Positions 9,452 to 18,835 of a stretch of DNA of 64,000 nucleotides are shown here, in pieces. The stretch's first letter is position 1. The number at the start of each line of letters is the position of its first letter. The stretch comes from Polyangiales bacterium (GTDB lineage: Bacteria > Myxococcota_A > Polyangia > Polyangiales > CBDCBC01). The DNA is taken from assembly GCA_965214225.1 (NCBI GenBank), contig OZ243942.1, forward strand, positions 1,670,100-1,734,099, given 5' to 3'. Both the position numbers and the translations under genes were made by a program. The notes under the pieces are model-generated. The model searched no databases and had not been told where the DNA came from. It worked only from the letters and a program-made list of their open reading frames with translations.

Positions 9452-10426
9452 ATGAGAGCAACCCGGGTCGTCTTCAAGAAAGCAGGTAGCCCCGACGTGC
9501 TTGAACTGGTGGAGGAGGAAGTGCCACCGCCAAATCCCGTCGAAGTGCGCGTGGTGCAACGTGCCGTCGGGCTCAACTTCATCGACACCTACCACCGCAG
9601 TGGCCTCTACGAGGTGGCGCTGCCTTCAGGTTTGGGGCTGGAAGCCGCCGGTGTGGTTGAAGCCGTGGGCGCTGAAGTGAGAGACTTCCGCGAGGGCGAC
9701 CGCGTGGCGTATGCAGGGGGATCGCCGGGTGCTTATGCGTCTGCTCGGTGCGTTCCAGCCGAGCGGGTTGTGCCGATACCCAAAGGCGTCAGCGAGGAAG
9801 AAGCCGCGGCGGTGCTGCTCAAGGGGATGACCGTAGAGTATCTTGTTCGCCGAGTTGCCAAGGTGACCAAGGGAGACACTGTTCTTTGGCACGCCGCCGC
9901 GGGCGGCGTGGGTCTCATCGCCTGCCAGTGGTTGCGCGATCTAGGCGCAACCGTCATCGGCACGGCAGGCACGTCGGCTAAGGCCGATTTAGCTAAACGC
10001 GCCGGTTGCTCCTACGCTCTCGTCTACACCGAGGAAGACATCGAGCAACGTGTATGCGATTTAGCGGGAGACGGCGTGCATGTGGTCTTCGACTCGGTCG
10101 GTAAGGACACATTCAAGCAGTCACTCGCGTGCCTAAGGCGACGCGGCATGATGGTCGCTTTCGGTAACGCTTCGGGACCTCCCGAACCCTTCTCGGTGCT
10201 TGAGCTAACCCGTCGCGGATCGCTATTTCTCACCCGCCCATCCTTGGTAGATTACACTGCCACGCGCGAAGAACTGCTGGAAAGCGCAGGGCAGGTCTTT
10301 CATCGGGTTCAGCGCGGCGTCGTCCACCCAGAGATCCATCAAAAGTGGCCACTTGCTGAAGCCGCCAAGGCACATCGCTCGCTTCACGCACGTGAGACCG
10401 TAGGGTCCTCGCTTCTCATCCCGTGA
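9452..10426 (+). CDS. qor: NADPH:quinone oxidoreductase (zeta-crystallin/MDR family)
   Basis: GLNFIDTYHRSGLY, HAAAGGVG, DSVGKDTF, FGNASG, GSLFLTRPSL. Confidence 0.93.
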   Translation: MRATRVVFKKAGSPDVLELVEEEVPPPNPVEVRVVQRAVGLNFIDTYHRSGLYEVALPSGLGLEAAGVVEAVGAEVRDFREGDRVAYAGGSPGAYASARCVPAERVVPIPKGVSEEEAAAVLLKGMTVEYLVRRVAKVTKGDTVLWHAAAGGVGLIACQWLRDLGATVIGTAGTSAKADLAKRAGCSYALVYTEEDIEQRVCDLAGDGVHVVFDSVGKDTFKQSLACLRRRGMMVAFGNASGPPEPFSVLELTRRGSLFLTRPSLVDYTATREELLESAGQVFHRVQRGVVHPEIHQKWPLAEAAKAHRSLHARETVGSSLLIP

Positions 10427-10481
10427 CCGACCTCCTGACCCCATACCCTCGAATGACCAGAGCGTTCGGCACCTGACAGCG

Positions 10482-10781
10482 CTAAGGCCTAAGCCAGACG
10501 TCGACCTCCCTGCCCACGGTCTCGAGCGCGAGCTTCTTGAACGGGCGAAAGACGAAGGGAAGCTTGGCTTCAACATCCAGTCCCTCATGCGTCACCCGAA
10601 GGGATCCGTCTACGCGAACGCCCTTGGCCATGAAGGCAAAGCGGGCCCGTTCGGCATCAGACCAGGTCAGCTCAGGCTGATACGCCGCGTAGCGCGTCCT
10701 ATATTCAGCAAAGGCTTGCTCAATCCGTGAGCGCGCATCTTCCTGGGGCAGTCGGTGAGGATAATGCTCCGATAACGTCAT
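10482..10781 (-). CDS. polyhydroxyalkanoic acid system (PHA_gran_rgn-like) protein
   Basis: 99 aa with H.L..E.AR.RI, W....A.F, KLPF...PFK pattern. Confidence 0.65.
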   Translation of the reverse strand: MTLSEHYPHRLPQEDARSRIEQAFAEYRTRYAAYQPELTWSDAERARFAFMAKGVRVDGSLRVTHEGLDVEAKLPFVFRPFKKLALETVGREVDVWLRP

Positions 10782-11014
10782 ACGAAGCTTTTACCTCAAG
10801 ATGACCCAAACGCACGCCTTTGCTCACAGCGCCAGGTGACTTCCAGCACGCGCCCCTTGCAGGTTAGTCGAAACCAAAGCGGCGCACTTGAGTCCTGCTC
10901 TGAGCGTTTTCACAGCAGCCCGACCTAAACGTGATCATCGGGTGCACGATCAATTTGAGAAAGGGCTAAGCGGCGCGCTGATGGATGGCTTCGAAGATGT
11001 TTTCAGGGCCGTGA

Positions 11015-11380
11015 GTGCGAGAAGCGGCGCGCAAGCGGACCATCTTCTCAGCGCCTGATTGTGACCAGTGCTGTCCTGCAGGTGCAGTTGAACGCCGGGC
11101 ACGTGAGCAAGCGCTGACACCGCAGCAACGTAGAGGTGCTCTGTCGGTTGTGGGTGAGCTTTGCGAACTTTGGGATGAAGTAAGCGACTTGATGCCGGTG
11201 CGCAGCCGGAGCTGCTCACTACTGGCACGTCATAGTTTGCGAGCGGCTGATGCATTACAGCTAGCGGCAGCAAGTTTGGTTGCAGATACCGAGCCGGGCG
11301 CACTCACTTTCGTATGTCTGGATCGCAAGTTGGCCGATGCTGCAGAGCGTGAGGGCCTCAGTGTGTTGACCTGGGCATGA
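11015..11380 (+). pseudogene. N-terminally truncated PIN-domain (VapC-like) toxin
   Basis: C-terminal SLRAADALQLAAA...FVCLDRKLADAAEREG present; N-terminal D-T/S-S motif and antitoxin absent. Confidence 0.65.
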
Positions 11381-11564
11381 GCGACGGCCAGTTCCGGTGC
11401 AGCAAAAACATGCTCCACCACGAAGGCGGAGTACAGGCGCTTTTGGAAACGTCGCGTGTGGGTGCCGTCCGCTGAGAAACTGCGTGCCACGTGCGCCCTT
11501 CTCACATGCTTCTGCACCCTCCAGTGCGATGCTTTGGTCAAGTTTCTTCGTCCCTCGCTCGTAG

Positions 11565-13391
11565 GTGGCACGTGATGTGCATCTCGCCCTGGCTATGGCA
11601 GCACCTCATTCCACGGCTCGTTGGACCCTCTTCACCTGCGTGATTCTCGGCTCATGTACTACCGACAGCAATCATGGCGCTACGTCTGAATCTGCTGTGC
11701 GAGACCTGCGGCGAGCACTCAACAGCTACGACGCAGCTGAAGAGCAAGAGAGGACAGTCAATCAAGACCTTGCGGCTGAGCTGCACAAGATAGGTCCACT
11801 TGTGCAAGCTGAGTTGGACGAATCCGGCGGCACCAGCCTGTTGGCCGCTTACGCAACGGGGTTTGAGGAACTTCCCCGGGTGACGCTTGCACGCGAGGCG
11901 GTAATGAACGCACAGGCAGCCCTAGCGCAGCAACTCGAAGAAGCGGCCGATGCCGATGCCAAGATGCTACAACGCGTCTTTGTTGATCGGAAGTCAGGGC
12001 CCCTTTCGTGGACCGGTTTTCGCGCGTCCGCTTCTGATCTCTTTGCAGCAGCAAAGCGTCTAGCGCCCACCGAACACAGCCCAAAGCTTGTCGCTCTGGC
12101 CGAACCCTTGCTGAACATGGTCAACGCGTTGCCGGCCGAGCCGAGCGAACGTAGAAGCAAACTGCTCTCAGAGGTGGCTTCCCACCTGGTGGCTCCTGCC
12201 CTGCCTTACCTTCATCAAGTTCAACTTACCTACGAAGGCACCGATGATGCAGCTGCGCACGCACGTCTATCTGCTGCGCTAGCACCCATGCTCACAGCCT
12301 ACGAGGTTCTGCAGCAGCTTTCGCTGCTGGGTCAGGTGGTTGGCGAGGCGCTGCAAGACATCGGCAGATTGGCCCCCAATGATCTCACCCAACTGCAGCA
12401 GTTTACCGACACCCTCGATGCACGTCTCACGGTCGAAGGCCTCTCCAAAGATGCACGCGCTGACATGCGGGAGGCGCTAACTCTGGGCGCACGGCAGACC
12501 TTCTTGGCGCGTGCCACGCTTGATGATGCACGCGAAGAGATGCTCAGGCGCGCAGGCGAAGGGGCTACTGTCGGCCTTTTCTCTGTCAGCCTCGTCACTT
12601 TCGGACTCACCGGGATATCCTTGATCTCGCACGATCCGCGGGCGCTGCGGGTGGGGTCTTGGGCTGCGCAAAGTTTTGCGCCGCTCACGCTCTTGCTTCA
12701 CCTATGGAAGGGCTACACCACATTCAAGCTGGGGACTCAGGACGCTCGAGGCGGGATCAACACCCTCGGAGTCTATGTTTCGCTTCTTACGCTCCTCCGA
12801 CAGGCCGGATTGTTCTTTGTGAGCGTTCCCCTTGAAGTCATCGCGTGGCCTGCCTCTGCCGTTCTGCTGTTTTCGCAGTTCGTCGACTTTACAAGGATGG
12901 CGGAGGAGGAGATACGCAGGCAACGGAACGACGTGCGCTCTGTGCTGACTCCTGTCGTGGGCGAGCGGTCCGCAAGCGGGCTCGGCTGGTGCTCAAGGCA
13001 ACGGGTGCAAGAGTTGGTCGAGAGATTCGCTTCCAAGCGAACTCTCGACGTGCTCGCTGCCTCTCCGATGGCCGTCACTGCCAAAGAGGCTTCGTTGCGG
13101 GGCTTCGATGTGCTAGGTATCGCGGGTGGTCTTACCCGCGATGAGCAGGTCGATCTGGTGAGTCTCCTTACGAGCGAGGAGAATGCCCAAACGGCGAACG
13201 GCGCAGCTTGGAGTGACACCTCTGTCAGCCACGTACTCGGCCTGCTCTGGACCCTGTATCCCGATCGGCTTCCAACGCGGGATGAACTCATTCGCACGCT
13301 GCGCACGGAAGCGGAGGGAGACCACGCAACGGCGACCTACCAGAGGGCTCTACGGACTGTGGCCTCCTACATCACGAAAGACCCCGCTTAG
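11565..13391 (+). CDS. hypothetical lipoprotein, helical with a central hydrophobic helix cluster
   Basis: LGS-C lipobox; 608 aa; 3-4 hydrophobic segments at about aa 335-440. Confidence 0.65.
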   Translation: MARDVHLALAMAAPHSTARWTLFTCVILGSCTTDSNHGATSESAVRDLRRALNSYDAAEEQERTVNQDLAAELHKIGPLVQAELDESGGTSLLAAYATGFEELPRVTLAREAVMNAQAALAQQLEEAADADAKMLQRVFVDRKSGPLSWTGFRASASDLFAAAKRLAPTEHSPKLVALAEPLLNMVNALPAEPSERRSKLLSEVASHLVAPALPYLHQVQLTYEGTDDAAAHARLSAALAPMLTAYEVLQQLSLLGQVVGEALQDIGRLAPNDLTQLQQFTDTLDARLTVEGLSKDARADMREALTLGARQTFLARATLDDAREEMLRRAGEGATVGLFSVSLVTFGLTGISLISHDPRALRVGSWAAQSFAPLTLLLHLWKGYTTFKLGTQDARGGINTLGVYVSLLTLLRQAGLFFVSVPLEVIAWPASAVLLFSQFVDFTRMAEEEIRRQRNDVRSVLTPVVGERSASGLGWCSRQRVQELVERFASKRTLDVLAASPMAVTAKEASLRGFDVLGIAGGLTRDEQVDLVSLLTSEENAQTANGAAWSDTSVSHVLGLLWTLYPDRLPTRDELIRTLRTEAEGDHATATYQRALRTVASYITKDPA

Positions 13392-13535
13392 CTTCCTCTT
13401 GCCAGGCTTTCCGGCCTGGGCTGTCGCCCGTGAGTTTCTCGGAATTGCTTCATGTGCAACCTTCCGCAGCGCAAGAAGGTCAACCTACCACCGTCTTGCA
13501 TAGGACAGTAGCCATCCCGGAATCGAGCTGAAGGA

Positions 13536-14984
13536 ATGCCCCGCTCAATCTCCAGCGAAACACACCCGCAAAGCGCAAGGACCTCCGCTGTGCGCCTGCT
13601 GTTCGACATGGCTTTTGCTCTAGCGCTTGCTGCATGCGGCCAAGCAGGAACCCTAGAGTCTGCCTCAGCAGACGAAGCGCCATGCGAGCTTTCGGCCTCT
13701 CGAGCCGAAGCGTTCGCCCGCATCAGGAGCTTCTTGAGCGGACATCAGCGGATTCACGTGTACGGTGGCCTCAGCCCGGGTCACGGGCATCAGGCTGCGA
13801 CCGCAACGGCGATGGAGAATCTTCGCGAGCTCGGCTTTGCCGGCACGTTCCACGTGTACGTCGCCGCTGATCGCGTAGCGGCGGTCAGCCCCTCCACCTT
13901 GGCACCGGTTGTGTTTCATTCAGACAAAGATCAAGCACCACCTGCTGCGTTTGGCATCGCCGGTGGAACAGATGCAGAAGCCACTACCATCTCCCACGCG
14001 CTCCAGGTGGAGCACCTTCTTATATTCCATCTGATGGGCTGGGAGGAGCCGCCGTCGGTCAAGGTCAGCGATCAGCGACCTGTGCTGCTCACAGGCCGCA
14101 TCGCGCAGATGCAGGCTGCCGACAAGGCGCTGCCGCAGCAGCGCGTCACGGACATCCCATTCTGGTTTCCGGGGCTCTCGCGCGTGAAGCTCTGCGCAGA
14201 AGAGGGCCCATGCGCATACGGGGAAGTGTATGAACCAGATTCTCTGCGGAGCATGCTGGAGCAGGAACTTCTTGAGCCTGAGGCACACGAGAAGTGGAGA
14301 GCGATCTTACAGACACCAGCCCAGTTGCTGCCCGTCTACGGCGCTCACATCAGCGGAACCACACTTGCTGCCATGGCCAAGGCTTTCGCGCGACTCCCGA
14401 GCGTCGACGACCGACCGAAGCTGATGGTGGTCTTCAACCGCGTCCTTGATGAGTTGCCGAAAGCCTATGTTTACAAGCCCCTCACGTCGCCGGACATCGA
14501 GAATCTTGAACGGGAGCTCAAGCCGCTTGAGTGCGAAGTGATCCACTTCGCAGACCTGCTATCTCCTGGTGCTGCCGACCCAGCATGTCGGGTTTTGCTG
14601 GCTCACGACGCTCCGAAACCTGTCTTCGAACACGTTGTGCGGCGCGCTGATCTTCCCTTCGTGCACACGGGCTTGCAGTCAGCGGCGCTCACGCAGAACC
14701 TCCGCATCCCGCACCTCGATACCTGGGGACTTCTGCCCTCCGATGAGGCCTACGCCACGCGAGGGGTTCGCAAGCTCTATCAACGCACGAGCCGAGCGGT
14801 CCGCGTGCAAGCAAGCGATCTGGAGGTTCTCTTCGCAGAGTTTCTCAAGCAGGCAGACGCTCCCGACGCAGCTCTCCACAACTTCTTCCAAACTGCGCCT
14901 CGGATGGACCAACGCGCGCGACGCTACGCCAACCGCGTCACGCTCACCCTGCTGGCCTACCTCGACTGGCTCAACGGCTCCTAG
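13536..14984 (+). CDS. hypothetical lipoprotein, possible GT-B glycosyltransferase-like fold
   Basis: LAA-C lipobox; N-domain SPGHGHQAA...LRELG and C-domain DLPFVHTG...L.IP motifs. Confidence 0.55.
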   Translation: MPRSISSETHPQSARTSAVRLLFDMAFALALAACGQAGTLESASADEAPCELSASRAEAFARIRSFLSGHQRIHVYGGLSPGHGHQAATATAMENLRELGFAGTFHVYVAADRVAAVSPSTLAPVVFHSDKDQAPPAAFGIAGGTDAEATTISHALQVEHLLIFHLMGWEEPPSVKVSDQRPVLLTGRIAQMQAADKALPQQRVTDIPFWFPGLSRVKLCAEEGPCAYGEVYEPDSLRSMLEQELLEPEAHEKWRAILQTPAQLLPVYGAHISGTTLAAMAKAFARLPSVDDRPKLMVVFNRVLDELPKAYVYKPLTSPDIENLERELKPLECEVIHFADLLSPGAADPACRVLLAHDAPKPVFEHVVRRADLPFVHTGLQSAALTQNLRIPHLDTWGLLPSDEAYATRGVRKLYQRTSRAVRVQASDLEVLFAEFLKQADAPDAALHNFFQTAPRMDQRARRYANRVTLTLLAYLDWLNGS

Positions 14985-15553
14985 CTAGCGGTTTATGCCT
15001 CAAGCCCTTCGCCCTACGTCATCAATCCGCCAGGGCTTGTGCCAAGGCCCTTCGCCTGCACCATGTACTGCAGCCGCCACGCTGGTCTGAAGGGTCTTGC
15101 TGATCGCTCGCCGGTCGCGGCGCCACCTCGCGAACTAAAACCCTACGCTTAGTCACTCGCAGGGATCAGCAAGACACCCCACGCAAATGACCGCGATCAA
15201 CCCACACCACGTCGCCCAGCCACACCGAAGGAACGTACACCTCATTCAGCACCACAATAGCATTTGAGGCGTGCCGTCCCCCGGGTCCCATAGCCCCGTC
15301 GCACGTAGTAAAGCGTCCGCGGGAATGCGTACGTATTCAACGGCTCAGGGCCACGCATCCCGCTCACCGCAAACTCTCAAGGTAGCGAAGTGACTCGCCG
15401 TCGTCGCGCCGACTCTCTCATAATGCTCTCACTTCTGCACATCCAAGGAGCAATGTGCGCATAGAACGTGCGTTTGCGGTACGCTTTGTCGTCGCGGATG
15501 CGGCCCGCAGCCGCTACCTTGAAGGAGGTCTACAAACACCTTGGAGGTAAGAA

Positions 15554-16108
15554 ATGAGAATAGGAATGTACCTGGTTATGGCACTTGGAGCTGTGGCATC
15601 TGCCGGCTGCTCCGAAGCGATGGAGACAGAAAAAGCTGAGGAGAGTTCGGCGGGACTTCGGCTGTATGCCCCGAACGAGGTAGCGGAGCTTCAGGAGGAT
15701 TGCGAGGAAATCCTCTACACCGAGGATGAAGAACACCGGGGTTTTGTCTGCGGGCGTGCATCCGAGTCTTGCCGCACCCTACTGATTGCATGCGGAGAAG
15801 ACGCCGAGCCCTGCATGGAGGTATGCGAGGAGCATGTGGTGCCCGATTGCGAGGACCCAACGGTTGTGGTCGAAGCAAGCGGAACGGAAGGTGATCCACT
15901 GGACTCCGTTCCAGTTTGCCCACCTGAAAACGCCACTCCAGGAGGTGAGGAAAGCGGGTGCGGCGACGCCCAAGGTTGCGCGTTTCCGTCTCAGTCTCCC
16001 GACCCGTGCAACGCGCCTGACCTCATTATCCCCGGAGTGTGCGGCGAGGGCGAAGAGATCGGCGATTGCTGCGATGTGCCGCCACTACCCATGCCTGTCC
16101 AGCCGTAG
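15554..16108 (+). CDS. Cys-rich acidic lipoprotein
   Basis: GGAGG RBS, SAG-C lipobox, many Cys in an acidic chain. Confidence 0.75.
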   Translation: MRIGMYLVMALGAVASAGCSEAMETEKAEESSAGLRLYAPNEVAELQEDCEEILYTEDEEHRGFVCGRASESCRTLLIACGEDAEPCMEVCEEHVVPDCEDPTVVVEASGTEGDPLDSVPVCPPENATPGGEESGCGDAQGCAFPSQSPDPCNAPDLIIPGVCGEGEEIGDCCDVPPLPMPVQP

Positions 16109-16164
16109 GTTGCCTACGGCCAAACGCATCTAAGGGAGTTGCAATCAGCGAATGCCCAACCGGA

Positions 16165-16730
16165 GAAGAGGATCCTGAGCCTTCCTGGCGAAGTCGAATA
16201 AGCCCTCTTCTCCGCGTGCAGAGGGTCTTATCGGCATCCACGATAGGCCCTGTGCAGATACACGGCTCAGATGCATCGTAAGCGAACGTACTAGGGGGCC
16301 GCCCACAGGGCGGTGGGTCCCGCTGAGTGAGCGGCGATTCGATCTTTGCAGAGGGTCTGGCACCCAGACCCTCTACCGCGGAAGTCAATCCCGCGGTATT
16401 CACCCAAACTCCCCCGACCATCACGAACGTGTCCAGGTAGCAGGAATGACGAAGTGGTTGCATCCCTACACCGTTGTAAATCAGTGCGATCTCCGCTAGG
16501 AAATGAGCCTGAGCCTTCCGGCGAAGTCGACTACGCCACTCTCCCCCCGCTTGCTGCCGGCTTCCACGACAGGCCCGCGGGTAGACGCATCGTGAGCGAA
16601 CGTATTGGGGGACCGCCCAGCCCTGGTTGAATGACGCTGGGCGGTGGGTCCCGCTGAGTGAGCGGCGATGCGTCTACCCGCGGGCCAGCCATCGCGCTGC
16701 TTCTGCGCCGTGTATCTCCACTCGAGCCAG
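16165..16730. repeat. composite hairpin repeat family B, copy 2
   Basis: 27-bp core at 16312 and 16643. Confidence 0.85.
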
Positions 16731-16755
16731 CCAATCAGCTGCACGAACTTTGCCT

Positions 16756-17730
16756 CTACTGCTCGTCGAGTGACCACTCGCGCAAACAGAGATGAATCAG
16801 ACCCACGCGTTCGTTTGCGCCTGATGAAGCCACCACTTGGCGCACGGAGTGGAAGAACGCACGCTGGAGCGCCTTGATGCGCTGAAAGTCTTCCGATGAG
16901 CAGACAAACACGTTGTAACCCAGCAGTCCATCCGCCTTGAAGTCAAGCGCTCGCTCGCGCGCAACCTCGTTCCAGTGGGTGTGGTGCGCGATCATCTGCT
17001 TGCGGTCGGCCGTGGTGTCCAAAGTGACGACGTCTCGCAAATAGAAGCGGTGCGTGCGAAACTCAATAACGCGCGCGGCTTCGAGCAGATGGATGCAGCG
17101 CTCTACCTGGTCAGCGGCAATGCCTAGCACCTGGGCAATCCACGCGTCTTCGTGGAGCGCTAGCTGGTAGGACTTCGTCTCCAGGATCCGAAGGATCGCC
17201 TCCGTCCAAGGCTCGCGAAAGGCGAGCTCCTTGAGTGCGGCTAGAGCATTCTGCTCGCGGCGTATAGAAGGCATCTGGCCGATCGGAACCAAGCGACTCA
17301 AGAAATCAACCAAGCGAGCCGTGAGCGCTTCAAGAATCAGCAGAAAGTCCGGCAGACGCGGCTCGGTCTGCCCGCCTAGCCAGCGTGAAACGGAGTAGCG
17401 CGAGATGGCCGTGCGCTCGGCCAACGCCGTGATTGTTTCCTGCCCACGCAACGCATCGAGCCAGTTGGCTAGCACCTGAGGCGAAGGTGCCTTGGCTGAA
17501 CCACAACCGCACAGCGTGTGATCTGCGGCAGGTGCAAACCGACGCATCGCCTCGAGGACATCCACACCCGTGCGTGCGCAGGCGCGAAGCATCTCGGCGC
17601 CCTTCGGAAAGCGTCTTCCCGCCTCCCAGTCGGCTGCCACGTTGCTGCGGTAGCCGAGGCGGCGTGAGAATGCCACTTGAGAGCGTGTTCCTCGGATAGC
17701 TCGAAGAAGCTCCTGCGCGACCTCTTGCAT
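16756..17730 (-). CDS. tandem XRE-HTH protein with DUF4423-like C-terminus
   Basis: LRAIRG.RSQVAFSRRLG...WEAGRRFP; second HTH ALAERT.ISRYSVSRWLGGQTEP; C-terminal IAQVLGI...LE..RVI...YNVF.CS.EDF. Confidence 0.7.
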   Translation of the reverse strand: MQEVAQELLRAIRGTRSQVAFSRRLGYRSNVAADWEAGRRFPKGAEMLRACARTGVDVLEAMRRFAPAADHTLCGCGSAKAPSPQVLANWLDALRGQETITALAERTAISRYSVSRWLGGQTEPRLPDFLLILEALTARLVDFLSRLVPIGQMPSIRREQNALAALKELAFREPWTEAILRILETKSYQLALHEDAWIAQVLGIAADQVERCIHLLEAARVIEFRTHRFYLRDVVTLDTTADRKQMIAHHTHWNEVARERALDFKADGLLGYNVFVCSSEDFQRIKALQRAFFHSVRQVVASSGANERVGLIHLCLREWSLDEQ

Positions 17731-17849
17731 CTCCCGATTATGCACTGCGATCCCGCTTATGCACACCGATGAGCGTTTGTGCGTACGAGTTGTGCACTTA
17801 CGGGATGAATCCCCGTGCATGAATACCAGAAGGTGGGAAACTGATATAC

Positions 17850-18572
17850 ATGAAGATACCGCTCCTGCTGCTTCTTGGCCTGCATCTCGGCGGCTGCGCC
17901 GGGGGACAATCCGGCAGCGAAGTGTTCGATGGATGTGAGGAAACCGCTCGACGGGAAGTATCTGCGGAGGACAGGTCAGCCGGTTTCGCCTTTACACCCT
18001 CGCAAGCCGCGGCCGCACTCAATGGCTCAGCGCACGTGCGCGATAACGATGGGGAGTCGGTTGGAACCATTATTATTCAATCCAATCTACGCGCCGAGGA
18101 TCGCACCGCGCATGTGGAGCGCGAGCAGGCATCACGTCTAGACGGAAGCGACTGCGACCCGGCCTACTACCTTCCACTGGATGCCCGCTATACGCTCCGA
18201 AAGGATGATGTCATGTTGTTAGACGCGGCCGTTGCTGCAGATGCATACATAACGGTCGAGGGCGAGCTTTCAAACTCCGTTGATGTGCCCGCAGCTCAGG
18301 TGCAGGGTCGTCTTGCCGAGCGCCTTACGGGTCAGGTGGATGAGGAGGCGCAAGAGACGCATCACCTATCGATATCCATATTTGGTCAGGCATCGCGTGG
18401 CGCCTACGGCATGCTCACCTGGGCCAAGCGGTCGGAAAATAACACATCGACCTCAGGCGACCTGGATGTGTACACTCCGCAGGAGACGCATATCGGCTCC
18501 TTCACACTACCTCCCCACAGCAACCTATCCGGCCGCAACGATGGACCCGGCCAGGAGCAGATCGATCTCTAG
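17850..18572 (+). CDS. hypothetical lipoprotein, divergent from the HTH-DUF4423 gene
   Basis: MKIPLLLLLGLHLGG-C lipobox. Confidence 0.7.
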   Translation: MKIPLLLLLGLHLGGCAGGQSGSEVFDGCEETARREVSAEDRSAGFAFTPSQAAAALNGSAHVRDNDGESVGTIIIQSNLRAEDRTAHVEREQASRLDGSDCDPAYYLPLDARYTLRKDDVMLLDAAVAADAYITVEGELSNSVDVPAAQVQGRLAERLTGQVDEEAQETHHLSISIFGQASRGAYGMLTWAKRSENNTSTSGDLDVYTPQETHIGSFTLPPHSNLSGRNDGPGQEQIDL

Positions 18573-18835
18573 GCCCTAGCCCGCGATACGCCTCCGGGTT
18601 CGACTCACTCCACACTTCATCGTCTGCAGGTAGGTTTGACAAAGTTGCGCGCGTGTCGCTCTCGGGCACAAGCTCCCGTTGTAGGCACAAGCTCCCGTTG
18701 CAGGCACAAGCTCCGCATCAGGTCGGATCTTCACGCGGCATGCGCATCGAGAGGCGACGTTCCTGTCGAAAGCGGTTGTCTCTTGGGCGGAAGATGAGGG
18801 AGACTGTGGCGCAATTCCAATCTTTTGGGAGATAG

